Assembly: GCA_964016885.1 (NCBI GenBank) | Contig: OZ024747.1 | Location: 61,194,001 to 61,258,000, forward strand | Direction of reading: 5' to 3' | Source: Eledone cirrhosa | Taxonomy: Eukaryota | Length of the DNA: 64,000 bases | Shown here: piece after piece, positions 42,460 through 58,717 of the stretch | Position numbering within the stretch: position 1 is the stretch's first letter | Layout of the letters: each line of letters opens with the position of its first letter | Made by a program: the position numbers and the translations under genes | Notes under the pieces: model-generated | Database searches by the model: none | What the model was told of the DNA's origin: nothing | Seen by the model: only the letters and a program-made list of their open reading frames with translations

Positions 42460-43310
42460 GACTCACAACAAATAAACAATAGATAGAATTACTGCAATGT
42501 GAGAACAATGACACAACAACAACAGCAACACCAAGAACAGTAAACCAAATAACAACAAAATTACAACAGTCAGCACAAGAATAACAACAGCAAACAACAA
42601 GAGAAGTGAAACAGAATAATAGCAAACAGTAACAAAAAACACCAACAAACAACAACTAACATGATAACAGCAAGCATAACAACAATAGAAGCAAGCATAA
42701 CAACAATAACAACAAGCATAACAACAATAACAACAAGCATAACAACAATAACAACAAGCATAACAACAATAAAAACAAGCATAACAACATCAAACGCAAC
42801 AGTAGCAAGCATGACAAACACAACAGTAGCAAGCATGACAAACACAACAGTAGCAAGCATGACAAACACAATCATAGTAACAACAACAATAACCACATGA
42901 ACAGCAGCAATTAGAACATCAACAACTACAACAACAACAAACACAACAACAGCAAACACAACAACAACAACAACAGAAAACTCAACAACAACAACAAACA
43001 CAACAGCAAACACAACAATAACAACAGCAGCAAACACAATAACAACAACATATACAACAACGGCAAACACAACAACAACAAATACAACAAAGGCAAACAA
43101 CAACAACATATACAACAACAGCAAACACAACAACAACAACAAAAGCAAACACAACATATACAACAATAACAACATGCACAACAACAAACACAACTACAGT
43201 AAACACAACAACATATACAACAACATGCACAACAGCAAACACAACAACAACAAAAAACACAACAGCAACCACAACAGCAACAACAGCAAACACAACAACA
43301 AAAATGAAAG
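42460..43310. repeat. Degenerate (AAC)n low-complexity tract
   Basis: Directly visible. Confidence 0.9.
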
Positions 43311-43825
43311 TGAAAACAAAACCTAAACAAAACTCAATATTTCTGTTATTTTGAATGATTATATACGAATCCGTTCACTTTATTATATACACCCACTGCC
43401 CATGATTATATACCAATTTGTTTGCTTTATACACCCACTGCCCATGATCGCCAAAAACACACCAGATCCCCCCACCCTCCCCAGAGTAATGGCCCGTTCC
43501 TATGACAACCAATCAAATGATTGATTTTTTTGACGATGCGAATCTAGTCTCTTCCCCATCTTCTGCTTTTGTTGCTCTCTTACCATATTAATTTATTCTG
43601 CTGCAGTTCATGCTTTTATTGCTTCTTCTCTTCACTTGATCCTAACAACAAAAATGATATACACATGCATATATATATATATATACATTTATTTATGCAT
43701 GTGCATGTGCATATAATTTATATACACATGCATGTGCATATAATTTATATACACACGCATATATATATATATATGTCCCACCCTTGCCAACAGGGAAAAG
43801 CGGACATAAAATGAAATGATGATGA

Positions 43826-43917
<92 letters not shown>

Positions 43918-43932
43918 TATATATATATATAA

Positions 43933-44127
43933 AAAATATAGAAATGGCTTCTACAGGACTAGAACTGTTTCATTCGAAGAAAATTATCAGGAAAGCCCTG
44001 TTGATTTCCAGATCATTTCCCTCGAATGAAACAGTTCTAGTCCTGTATGCCATTTCTATATTAGATATTTATACTCTGCTATGTATTGAGTACCTTACTT
44101 ACTGTGGTTACCCCCGATTGAACCCGA
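43933..44127. mobile_element. PLE-like inverted palindrome, family 2, joined to a ~180-bp (CA)n
   Basis: Short left arm whose reverse complement reads CAGGGCTTTCCTGATAA..GAATGAAACAGTTCTAGTCCTG; long right arm ending ATTGAACCCGA. Confidence 0.65.
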
Positions 44128-44145
44128 CACACACACACACACACA

Positions 44146-44315
<170 letters not shown>

Positions 44316-45106
44316 TAATTCCCTCCTGTTAGCCAGAAGGCCTCACAATTAACCTTTGGGCTAACAGTCTGGAACTAGCTGTTCAAACAACAAGAGCTCA
44401 GCCATCGGGCCCTGACTTTTTATAATATACCTTTATTCTACTACCCCAAGTATTGAGTACTCTGTTGAGTAATGGTCTGACTAGTTTTAAACTGGTTCTA
44501 TCCTGACATATATATATATTATCATCATCATCATTACCATTTAGAGTCCATCTTTCCATGCTACCATGGATTAGACTAGTTGTCCCATTGTGAGACAAGC
44601 CAGATCAGGTGACTACCTCTTGCTCATACACAACTAATTTTAGCCTGGTTTCTAACATGTAACAGTGCTGTTCATACATACACATCGTACAATCTGTCCT
44701 TTATTTATAGGGGAAAACCTTTTGTAACTAGCAGTGGTAGTAGCTCCCTGAACTTTTACCATCTCATCCTCACTCTGGCTACTGTACTTTTGGCACACCC
44801 ACCTCCACTGTTAATTTGGTCACCCAGGTAAGAGAAGCTGTCAACTGCTTCTATGGAACATTCCAAGAATTTGATAGCAGTACTTTGTACTTTATCAACC
44901 TCAAAGAATTATAAGCAAAATTGACCTAGGTAGGATTTGAACTTTTGACCACAGAGAGCTGGAATAAAAACTACCTCTCTAACAATTCTGCCAATTTGCT
45001 GCTATTAATGCACTATGTAATATGATACAAGTGCACAAAATAGTGCAGTGATGACCTGTTATTATTAATGATAACATTTGGGCAATTAAGATAATAATTT
45101 ATTTAA

Positions 45107-45330
45107 CCCTTTTGATACCAAACCACCTGAAACCGCCTGTAGTTCTAGATAGAAGTCTTTATATTTATCTAAAAATTTTCCACCATAGTTTTATCAAAAC
45201 CTTTTGTAAGAACCAATTTAATAGTGAGAAAGTTTGTTATATTACTAAATCCTCCAAATTTGTGATTATTTTCAAAATGATTTAAAACACTTTGGTAATG
45301 TCTTTCATTAGAAATATGGCAATGGAAGGG
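45107..45330. mobile_element. piggyBac-type MITE family D
   Basis: TTAA|CCCTTTTGATACC ... GGAAGGG|TTAA. Confidence 0.65.
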
Positions 45331-45421
45331 TTAATCTGAAAATTAATGCAAGAGTCTCTCATTCAATTTGGCTATATTTTTTCTGAGACTCACAAACTTG
45401 TAATGTCTTTCATTAGAAATA

Positions 45422-45928
45422 CTAGCAGAAAAGCAGCCCTCTGGGCAGTTTTCTGCTAGCATATGTAGGGTGCATATTGATATTATATGCAAATATATAT
45501 GCATATAGATATGAAAAGTAATTTGACAATATGCACAAAAATTGAACAAAGGCCATTTTACACTTTCTTGTAATCAGTAAAGTAATCCATGATACATTCA
45601 AAAAGGATGATGATATATATAAATGGCATTACAGGGAAATGTTATGAAAAATGGGAAAATGAGATTAGTGATGGAAATATAAACTTTATAATATAACGAA
45701 TGCCAATGTAAGTTGACATTAAAAAATGTTAACAGAAGTGAATCTTGAAATAAGCAATAGATTATATATAAGATTATTTATGTTTAATCAAAAGCTAAGA
45801 AATTTAGTAGATAAATTACATAATATTCATTCATGATTTATTCAAAGTAATCCAACTTATTTTGATAATGTGATGTAAAATAATAAACTGAACATAGTCT
45901 TGCAGTTCTCCAATCATTATACTAAAGA
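45422..45928 (-). mobile_element. Non-autonomous Helitron, family 2, copy 2
   Basis: Hairpin plus CTAG end and TC start. Inserted between A and T with no TSD (pre-insertion site seen at 45301-45325). Confidence 0.85.
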
Positions 45929-46031
45929 TGGCAATGGGAGCTTAATCTGAAAATTATTGCAAGAGCTTCTCATTCAATTTGGCTGTATTTTTTCCTGAGA
46001 TTCAGAAACTTGTAAAAGCCAGAGACCTTAA

Positions 46032-46249
46032 CCCTTTAACATTTACATTACTCTATATATACTATTGTATTTTCACAGAAAAGGCTTTATCTCACCAAAT
46101 TATCTCATATAATAACAAATCTACGAGATGTTGTTATTTATTTTGAGAATGATACCTTAACGGTGATGTCAGTGACTAGTTACAGCCAGTTTGAACAGAA
46201 AGAGGTGAGAAAATTCTGGCCGGATTCAGCTGGTTTAAATGCTAATGGG
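46032..46249. mobile_element. piggyBac-type MITE family C
   Basis: TTAA TSD and family C TIRs. Confidence 0.85.
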
Positions 46250-46974
46250 TTAATTCATTATTTTGTGTCATAATAAGGCATGCTTGTCCAGAGATACAAT
46301 ACCCAGATCAGATAATTGATTTGTTAGATAAATAAATAATTTACCCATTTTCTTTATTAAGAATAAATTGGTTTTCAATATTGACAGTATTTATAGGGAA
46401 TTTATAATGTTCTGACATAGAAACTTCTGCCAACAAAACAGTGTCAATAAAAACTTATAAATACTTAAAGTTGGGGCAACGTTAATAGACTTATGGATTA
46501 AGGGACTCTATTGTTCCAGGTCAAACATTCAGGAGTAATAAGGACATAGGAAAGATCCTTAATAAAATCGAACAAACTTGAATACAGTCATGTTTTTAAT
46601 GTAACATACTTGAAAGAGTTTCCTATTTACATAAATATATGTGTGCTTGTGTGTGTGTGTGTGTGTGTGTTTGTGTGTACGTATGTGTATATGTATGTGC
46701 ATGTATATGTGTATGTGTTTGTGTGTGTGTGTTTGTATGTGTGGGTATGTGTGTATGTGTGTATCTGTGTATGTGCATGTATATGTGTATGTATGTGCGT
46801 GTGTGTATGCGTGTTTGTGTATGTATGTGTGTGTGTATGTCTTTCTTTGGTAATAAGAGTGACATGAACTCAATAGAGTACATCTCAACTCGTCTTAATG
46901 GAATTCTAACTTACAAAAAGGGGTTCCTATGTAGAAATATATAAAACTAATGCATCTGAAACATAACATTAATA

Positions 46975-48640
46975 ATACATCAACAACCTATATTGTCACA
47001 GTAATAACATCAACAACATCCCCACCATCATCATCAACAACATAACATCATCACCATCATCATCAAAACATACCACCACCACCACCATCATCATCATCAA
47101 CAACATAACATCATCACCATCATCATCAAAACATACCACCACCACCACCATCAACATACGACCACCACCACCACCACCACCATCACCACTATCAATGCCA
47201 TCATTGACAACCTATATTGTAGCAGTAATAACACCACCATCATCATCAACACCATCAACCTATATTCCAGCAGCAATGACATCATCACCATCATCAATAA
47301 CAAGATAACCACCCACCACCATCACTAACAACAACAACAACAACAACATACCCCCACTATCACCACCACCACCACCACTACCATCATCAACAATAATATA
47401 CCACTACCCACAATAACCCTTATATACTACCAACAACAACTATTATATATACAACCACTAACAACAACATACCACCACCATTAACCAAACTTTACCACCA
47501 CCACCGATACAAAAACAACAACAACAACAACATACCACCACCATTAACCAAACTTTACCACCACCACCACCACCATCACAACAACAACAACATACCACCA
47601 CCATTAACCAAACTTTACCACCACCACCACCACCATCACAACAACAACAACATACCATCACCATTAACCAAACTTTACCACCACCACCACCACCATCACA
47701 ACAACAACAACATACCATCACCATTAACCAAACTTTACCACCACCACCACCACGACCACAACAACAACAATATACCATCACCATTAACCAAACTTTACCA
47801 TCATCACCACCACAACAACAACAACATACCACCACCATTAACCAAACTTTACCACCACCACCACCACCACCACCACAACAACAACATACCACCACCATTA
47901 ACCAAACTTTACCACCACCACCACAACAACAACAACATACCATCACCATTAACCAAACTTTACCATCATCACCACCACCACAACAGATACAACAACAACA
48001 ACAACAACATACCACCACCATTAACCAATCTTTACCACCACCACCACCACAACAACAGATACAACAACAACAACAACATACCACCACCATTAACCAATCT
48101 TTACCACCACCACCACCACAACAACAGATACAACAACAACAACAACATACCACCACCATTAACCAATCTTTACCACCACCACCACCACAACAACAGATAC
48201 AACAACAACAACATACCACCACCATTAACCAATCTTTACCACCACCACCACCACAACAACAGATACAACAACAACAACAACATACCACCACCATTAACCA
48301 ATCTTTACCACCACCACAACAACAGATACAACAACAACAACAACAACAATATACCCCCACCATTAACCAAACTTTACCACCACCACCACAACAACAGATA
48401 CAACAACAACCACTAACAACAATATACCACCACCACCACCACAACAGATACAACAACAACAACATACCACCACCATTAACCAAACTTTACCACCACCACC
48501 ACAACAACAACAACAACAACATACCACCACCATTAACCAAACTTTACCACCACCACCACCACCACCACAACTGATACAACCACTAACAACAATATACCAC
48601 CACCACCACAGCAACAACAATAACCAATACAACAATAACA
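46975..48640. repeat. (CAC/AAC) microsatellite with a ~60-bp higher-order unit
   Basis: CCATTAACCAAACTTTACCACC recurs from 47478 to 48560. Confidence 0.9.
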
Positions 48641-48868
48641 GTATTTCTAATGTCCTAATGTAAAACAGTATAAATCAACAACAAGAATACCAACAATAGG
48701 ATTGAAAGCCCAGGAAATATAAAGTCAGTTTTAAAGGATATCTCGAGTATTCCAATAATGGCTCAACTAACTCTAAGATTTACCAAGTAAACCCTCCTTC
48801 ACTACATAGTTGTAAGTTTTCTTATGATGTTTCACACAGTAAATAACATACCATTTACTATTTTGATG

Positions 48869-49100
48869 CTAAACTCCACCAGTTGCAGACTGCGCATCAA
48901 CATGAGATATTTTTCTCCACAATGTTCGATCACCAGCAACAGAGTTCAAAGAGCAAAGATCAAGTCCAGTCCTTAAGTTGACATTATCAAGCCATCGTTT
49001 TGGCTGCCAGCCTCTGTGTCTCTTTCCAGCCAACCTTCCTTCCAGGCATAACCTACTCACACCACAAGTTGATCTTTTTATATGACCATATAACATAGGT
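48869..49100 (-). pseudogene. RTE-type LINE ORF 3' fragment
   Basis: YGHIKR..LEGRLAGKRHRGWQPKRWLDNV..DRTLWRKI. Confidence 0.8.
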
Positions 49101-49362
49101 TTCATGTATTAGACCAGACATGGACAAACTACAGCCTGTTTGGCTTGCTGAATGGCACACCTAACTTCAATATTGCTTTGAATTTTTTAAAAGTGCAAGT
49201 CTATATGAGTGCATGTATGTGCAAGTCTCTGTGTTTATGATGTATATACATACCGATATATGTGTTGACATCTATCAGTCTGTGTAAGTGTGTATGCCTT
49301 TGTGTATGTGTGTCTGCATGTTTGTTTATGAGTGCATATATGTCTTTAATTGTATGGGTGAT

Positions 49363-49688
49363 GAAGGAACGTGGCTTTCTGGTTAAGGTATTCAGCTCAC
49401 AATTAAAAGGCCATGAGTTCGATTCCCAGCAGTGCATTGTATCCTTGAGCAAGACATTTTATTTCATGCCGCTCCAGTCCACTCAGCTGCTAAAAATAAG
49501 TTGTACCTGTAATTCGAAAGAGCAGCTTTGTCACATTCTGTGTCACCCTGAATCTCCCTGAGAAATACATTAATGGTACACATGTCTGTGGAATGCTCAG
49601 CCACTTTCACATTAATTTCATGAGCAGGCTGTTCTGTTAATCGGATCAATTGAAACACTAGTCGTCATAACTGATGGAGTGCCTTCAA
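49363..49688 (+). mobile_element. SINE, B-related subfamily
   Basis: A/B boxes (GTGGCTTTCTGGTTAAGG, GAGTTCGATTCC) and TCCTTGAGCAAGACA core. Confidence 0.82.
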
Positions 49689-49924
49689 TTTGTATATGTG
49701 TGTATGTGTAAGTATATGTAAGTGTTTGTCTGTGTGCATTTATGTGCATTTCTCTATATGTATATATGTGTTGGTATATGTGTCTATATGTGTAATTCTG
49801 TATGCATTTGTGTATGCATGTTTGCATGTGTGTTTATGTGGGTGTGTTTATGTTGGTGTATTTGTACGGGTGTGTATGTGTAAGTCTATGTGAGTGTCTG
49901 TATGTGTGCATGTATGTGTGCTAT

Positions 49925-50536
49925 GTCAGGTCACCAGTTGGTGCTACTGGTAACATGTATCCCAGTACAACCTGTCTCATGGTCGGGTCGTTGGCGACTA
50001 AACTGGCAACCCCACCAAGGTTTCTTGGTGAGGAGGGTGACTTTGGACATCCTGCAGGACTAAAAACAAAACCTGTCAAAGGGCAAAGGATCTCTTAACA
50101 GTCAATGGCCATCCAAAATCACCGGGAGAGATGACTCCTTAGCCTTTGTCAAGGCAGAATTCTAGGAAAAGGAAAACTCTGATATAACACCTGCAACTCT
50201 GATGGTATCCAATGATGTTGACTTGTTCTTCTTTTTGGTAAATATCATCTTGGTTAAGAGAGTGGGACTGGCTTTGTGCAGTGCCTTTGCACACTATAAA
50301 AGCTTCACGACACAGGCATTGCTTTATATCTGGAGACCTCTCTGCACTTGTCGTCACAAGGTACCATGGGCCCAGCACTATGTGTTAATAATGGTCACAA
50401 GTGTAGTGTTTGTACCAGAGTTTTCAAGTCACTGGCTGGACTAAAAAGTCACACTCGTTCAGCGCATCGGTAGGGGTTCTCCTACATGGATATAAAGTAG
50501 TGGCCGTACTCGAAAACGAGTTGGCAGCCACCATGT
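49925..50536 (+). mobile_element. 612-bp bipartite non-autonomous RTE derivative, copy 1
   Basis: RTE 5'-UTR-like motif TCTAGGARAAGGAAAACTCTGA; terminal C2H2 finger [25 protein letters not shown] (50396-50473); about 14 differences from copy 2. Confidence 0.8.
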
Positions 50537-50941
50537 GTGCATGTATGTGCATTTCTCTATATTTATGTATATATGTATTGGTATGTGTGTCTATATGTGT
50601 GATTTTATGTGTAAGTGTGTATGCATTAGTGTATGTATGCCTACATGTGTGTTTATGCGTGTATATGAGGATGCATTTGTATGGTTGTGTATGTGTAAGT
50701 CTATGTGAGTGTTTGTATGTGTGTATATATGTGTGCATATATGTACATTTCTCTATATTAATGTATATATGTGTTGGTATGTGTGATTCTGGCCAAATTG
50801 GTCTCAAAAGAGTTAACCCCATAACTATTAACCTACGCCTGGTGGCAGTTGTTTGCTGTCAATGAATTATAAGCTACAATCCAGTCGGGGTTAACCAATA
50901 CATTAATTATTGAGAACAATGTAAAATAAATGCAACATTAA

Positions 50942-52124
50942 CCCTTTAGCATTCACATTACTCTATATATACTATTGTATTTTCATAGTAAATGCTTTAA
51001 CTCACATAATTATCTCACATAATATCGAATCTATGAGAGTTTTGAAAGTATTTATTTTGAGAACAATACCTTAACATCAGTTTGAGCGACCAGTTACAGC
51101 CAGTTTCAACAGAAAGAGATAGAGAATTCTGGCCGGTTTTGGCCGGTTTGAACATTAAAGGGATAATGCATGTTGTGTGTGTTGTGTGTGTTGTGTGTGT
51201 GTGTGAGTGACCAGTTACAGCCAGTTTCAACAGAAAGAGGTAGAGAATTCTGGCCGGTTTTGGCCAGTTTGAACATTAAAGGGTTAATGCATGTTGTGTG
51301 TGTTGTGTGTTGTGTGTGTGTGTGAGTGACCAGTTACAGCCAGTTTCAACAGAAAGAGGTAGAGAATTCTGGCCGGTTTTGGCCAGTTTGAACATTAAAG
51401 GGTTAATGCATGTTGTGTGTGTTGTGTGTTGTGTGTGTGTGTGAGTGACCAGTTACAGCCAGTTTCAACAGAAAGAGGTAGAGAATTCTGGCCGGTTTTG
51501 GCCAGTTTGAACATTAAAGGGTTAATGCATGTTGTGTGTGTTGTGTGTTGTGTGTGTGTGTGAGTGACCAGTTACAGCCAGTTTCAACAGAAAGAGGTAG
51601 AGAATTCTGGCCGGTTTTGGCCAGTTTGAACATTAAAGGGTTAATGCATGTTGTGTGTGTTGTGTGTTGTGTGTGTGTGTGAGTGACCAGTTACAGCCAG
51701 TTTCAACAGAAAGAGGTAGAGAATTCTGGCCGGTTTGGGCCAGTTTGAACATTAAAGGGTTAATGCATGTTGTGTGTGTTGTGTGTTGTGTGTGTGTGTG
51801 AGTGACCAGTTACAGCCAGTTTCAACAGAAAGAGGTAGAGAATTCTGGCCGGTTTTGGCCAGTTTCAACATTAAAGGGTTAATGCATGTTGTGTGTGTTG
51901 TGTGTTGTGTGTGTGTGTGAGTGACCAGTTACAGCCAGTTTCAACAGAAAGAGGTAGAGAATTCTGGCCGGTTTTGGCCAGTTTCAACATTAAAGGGTTA
52001 ATGCATGTTGTGTGTGTTGTGTGTGTTGTGTGTGTGTGTGTGAGTGACCAGTTACAGCCAGTTTCAACAGAAAGAGGTAGAGAATTCTGGCCGGTTTTGG
52101 CCAGTTTCAACATTAAAGGGTTAA
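50942..52124. repeat. MITE C (50942-51162) whose right end is amplified as a ~119-bp tandem array (8 extra copies)
   Basis: ...AACATTAAAGGG-TTAA-TGCATG recurs at ~119-bp spacing. Confidence 0.9.
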
Positions 52125-52394
52125 TGCATATCGTTTAAATAACTTTAGAATAAAATCATGTTTTCTTTCTTTAAATTTAATAAAATTTATAAACACATAT
52201 AATTCTTCTACAAGAAAAAACTTTCCAAAGTTATCGTCTGTCTCTCCAGCTCATAAAACTGACCAATATATTAAAAGTCCAATTAAACTTTTACAATTTA
52301 TTACAGAAATTAAAATGTTTAAAAGTGAAAGTAGGAGGAAGGGGAGGAGCCTGTCAGAAAATTAATTTAATCTGATGTATCACAATTACATATG

Positions 52395-55710
<3,316 letters not shown>

Positions 55711-55737
55711 GAATGTATTTTTCAGTTTATGCATTTA

Positions 55738-57640
55738 AGAGAGAGGGGAGAAGGTAGATATAGAGAGACAAAAGGAGAGAGTGGGAGAGAGGGGAGAAGG
55801 TAGATATAGAGAGACAAAAGGAGAGAGTGAGCAGGAGAGAGGGGAGAAGGTAGATACAGAGAGACAAAAGGAGAGAGTGAGCAGGAGAGAGGGGAGAAGG
55901 TAGATACAGAGAGACAAAAGGAGAGAGTGAGCAGGAGAGAGGGGAGAAGGTAGATACAGAGAGACAAAAGGAGAGAGTGAGCAGGAGAGAGGGGAGAAGG
56001 TAGATACAGAGAGACAAAAGGAGAGAGTGAGCAGGAGAGAGGGGAGAAGGTAGATACAGAGAGACAAAAGGAGAGAGTGAGCAGGAGAGAGGGGAGAAGG
56101 TAGATACAGAGAGACAAAAGGAGAGAGTGAGCAGGAGAGAGGGGAGAAGGTAGATACAGAGAGACAAAAGGAGAGAGTGAGCAGGAGAGAGGGGAGAAGG
56201 TAGATACAGAGAGACAAAAGGAGAGAGTGAGCAGGAGAGAGGGGAGAAGGTAGATACAGAGAGACAAAAGGAGAGAGTGAGCAGGAGAGAGGGGAGAAGG
56301 TAGATATAGAGAGACAAAAGGAGAGAGTGGGAGAGAGGGGAGAAGGTAGATATAGAGAGACAAAAGGAGAGAGGAGAGGGAGTGAGGGGAGAAGGTAGAT
56401 ATAGAGAGACAAAAGGAGAGTGGGAGAGAGGGGAGAAGGTAGATATAGAGAGACAAAAGGAGAGAGGAGAGGGAGTGAGGGGAGAAGGTAGATATAGAGA
56501 GACAAAAGGAGAGAGTGGGAGAGAGGGGAGAAGGTAGATATAGAGAGACAAAAGGAGAGAGTGGGAGAGAAGGGAGAAGGTAGACATAGAGAGACAAAAG
56601 GAGAGAGTGAGCAGGAGAGAGGGGAGAAGGTAGATATAGAGACAAAAGTAGAGAGGAGCGGGAGTGAGGGGAGAAGGTAGATATAGAGAGACAAAAGGAG
56701 AGAGTGGGAGAGAGGGGAGAAGGTAGATATAGAGATACAAAAGGAGAGAGTGAGCAGGAGTGAGGGGATGAGGTAGACACAGAGAGACAAAAGGAGAGTG
56801 GGAGAGAGGGGAGAAGGTAGATATAGAGAGACAAATGGAGAGAGGGGAGAAGGTAGATATAGAGAGACAAAAGGAGAGAGGAGCGGGAGTGAGGGGAGAA
56901 TGTAGATATAGAGAGACAAAACGAGAGAGTGGGAGAGAGGGGAGAAGGTAGATATAGAGAGACAAAAGGAGAGAGTGAGCAGGAGTAAGGGGATGAGGTA
57001 GACATAGAGAGACAAAAGGAGAGAGTGAGCGTGAGTGAGGGGTGAGGTAGATATAGAGAGACAAATGGAGAGAGTGGGAGAGATGGGAGAAGGTAGATAT
57101 AGAGAGACAAAAGGAGAGAGTGAGCAGGAGTGAGGGGATGTGGTAGATATACAGAGACAAAAGGAGAGAGTGAGAGGAGGTGGTAGTAATAGAGACGGGA
57201 GGAGAGAGGTGGGGTGGAGGAGAAAGAGATACAGAAACTAAAGAAGGGAGAGAGAGAAGGTAGAGTCACAGAAACAAATGGAGGGAGGGTGAAAGGGAGC
57301 GGTAGAGGTACAGAGACAAAAGGAGAGAGGGTGAAAGGGAGAGGTACAGGTACAGGAAAGAAAAAGGAAAGAGGGGTGGTAGAGGTACTAAGACAAAAGG
57401 AGAGAGAGAGGAAGTAGATAGAGAGACAAAAGGAGAGAGGGAGGTAGATAGAGAGACAAAAAGAGAGAAAGAGAGAGAGGAGGTAGATAGAAAGACAAAA
57501 GAAGAGAGAAGGGGAGGAGAAAGAGAGGAAGTAGATAGAGAGACAAAATGAGAGAAAGAGGAGAAGAGAGGGAGGCGAGAGAGAGAGGAAGTAGATAGAG
57601 ATACAAAAGGAAAGAAAGAGGGGGAGGAGAGAAAGAGAAA
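55738..57640. repeat. Purine-strand 50-bp minisatellite
   Basis: Unit GAGAGAGTGAGCAGGAGAGAGGGGAGAAGGTAGATACAGAGAGACAAAAG. Confidence 0.92.
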
Positions 57641-58717
57641 GTCCAATAGTACATACAAAATATTTAAGTGCTTAATTGGTGTCTAGAAATATTTGGTCAT
57701 TTTTTATATCTGAGTGGAATAACCTTGGAATTATAAGTTATTCCATTATTTTTATGAGGAATTGACAGACTGAGTCAAAGATAACATGTGTTGTGTGTAT
57801 CAGGGGCCACAATGTTGTTGTTTCAGGCAGTGGGGGTAGGGTCTAATAAAATATATGCAGGCAGGGTCTTTGTATTATAGGGGTGCAGTTATAGCATACA
57901 GCATCAAAATCTGGTGGAGCCAGGGCCGGATTTAATAGAGGGCAGACAAAGGGGCAATTGCTCCGGGCCCCTTGCAGTGGAGAGCCCAGCGACAACTGTA
58001 ACAATTTATTTGTGCCCTCATCTGGGCTTTTTAGTTTTAAGATGGTTAGAGTTTTTAAATGTCTCTATATAACTTTATACCAGTTAACTGTGTGGAATAT
58101 ATTTCTTTCTGGATGTCTACAGACTAAAATGATTCTTCCACAATGTAATTGTTGCTAGAGTATTCTGTTATCCAAGTAACATGTGTAAACGAAAGTGTTC
58201 TTTATGCAGGAATATGTTCAAAATATGTCTAGAATAGAATAACCATTCTTTGGCAGTAACATGTGTAGAATAATTTAAACAACTGTAGTCTGTCTAGAAT
58301 AATGTATTTTACAGGCAATAATGTGAGCAACAAGGTCTCCTTTTAGTGATTAGGAATGCATGAACATATATCCAACACTGATCTTTGATTGGTTGGTTTA
58401 AAATTCAATCATCTCACCTGTCAAGTAAAACCAAATGACTGGGATAGTGATGTTATCTCATTGTTATGAAATGTAATAGCCAGAGATAGTTGTTAGAGAC
58501 TCTTTCAGCTATAGAGTATTGGAATATTTGGTTATGCAAAATAGGGCAGGGGATTGGCAGAAGCGTTAGAGTGTCGGACAAAATATGTAAAAATGTAAAA
58601 ATGATGATGATGGAACAAGTTTAAATGTTATGAATTAAACAACCTTAGATATGCAATAAAATTAAAGATAATTAAAATATTTAACATTATGAAACAAGCT
58701 TGACTGTTAAAGTTTAA

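Noticed and set aside
47458-48635. Cys/Gly-rich 341-aa ORF resembling a structural protein
   Set aside because: It is a (CAC/AAC) microsatellite with variable run lengths, with no splice or other coding evidence.
49955-50010. HDV-like ribozyme (GGG-TCG-TTGG-CGA-CTAA-ACTGG resembles P4-J4/2-P2)
   Set aside because: No P1 3' strand fits between the candidate P3 and the GG, so the canonical fold is not met. Kept only as an unclassified structure.
50812-50895. GTTAACCCC...GGGGTTAAC mini TTAA element
   Set aside because: Only a 9-bp inverted match and a single copy; could be chance.
55722-57269. ORFs of 426-515 aa on the minus strand
   Set aside because: Translation of a pyrimidine-rich 50-bp minisatellite that is open in all three frames.
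57921-57990. hAT-like terminus CAGGGCCGGATTTA...GGGCCCC
   Set aside because: No partner TIR or TSD found; at most a fragment.
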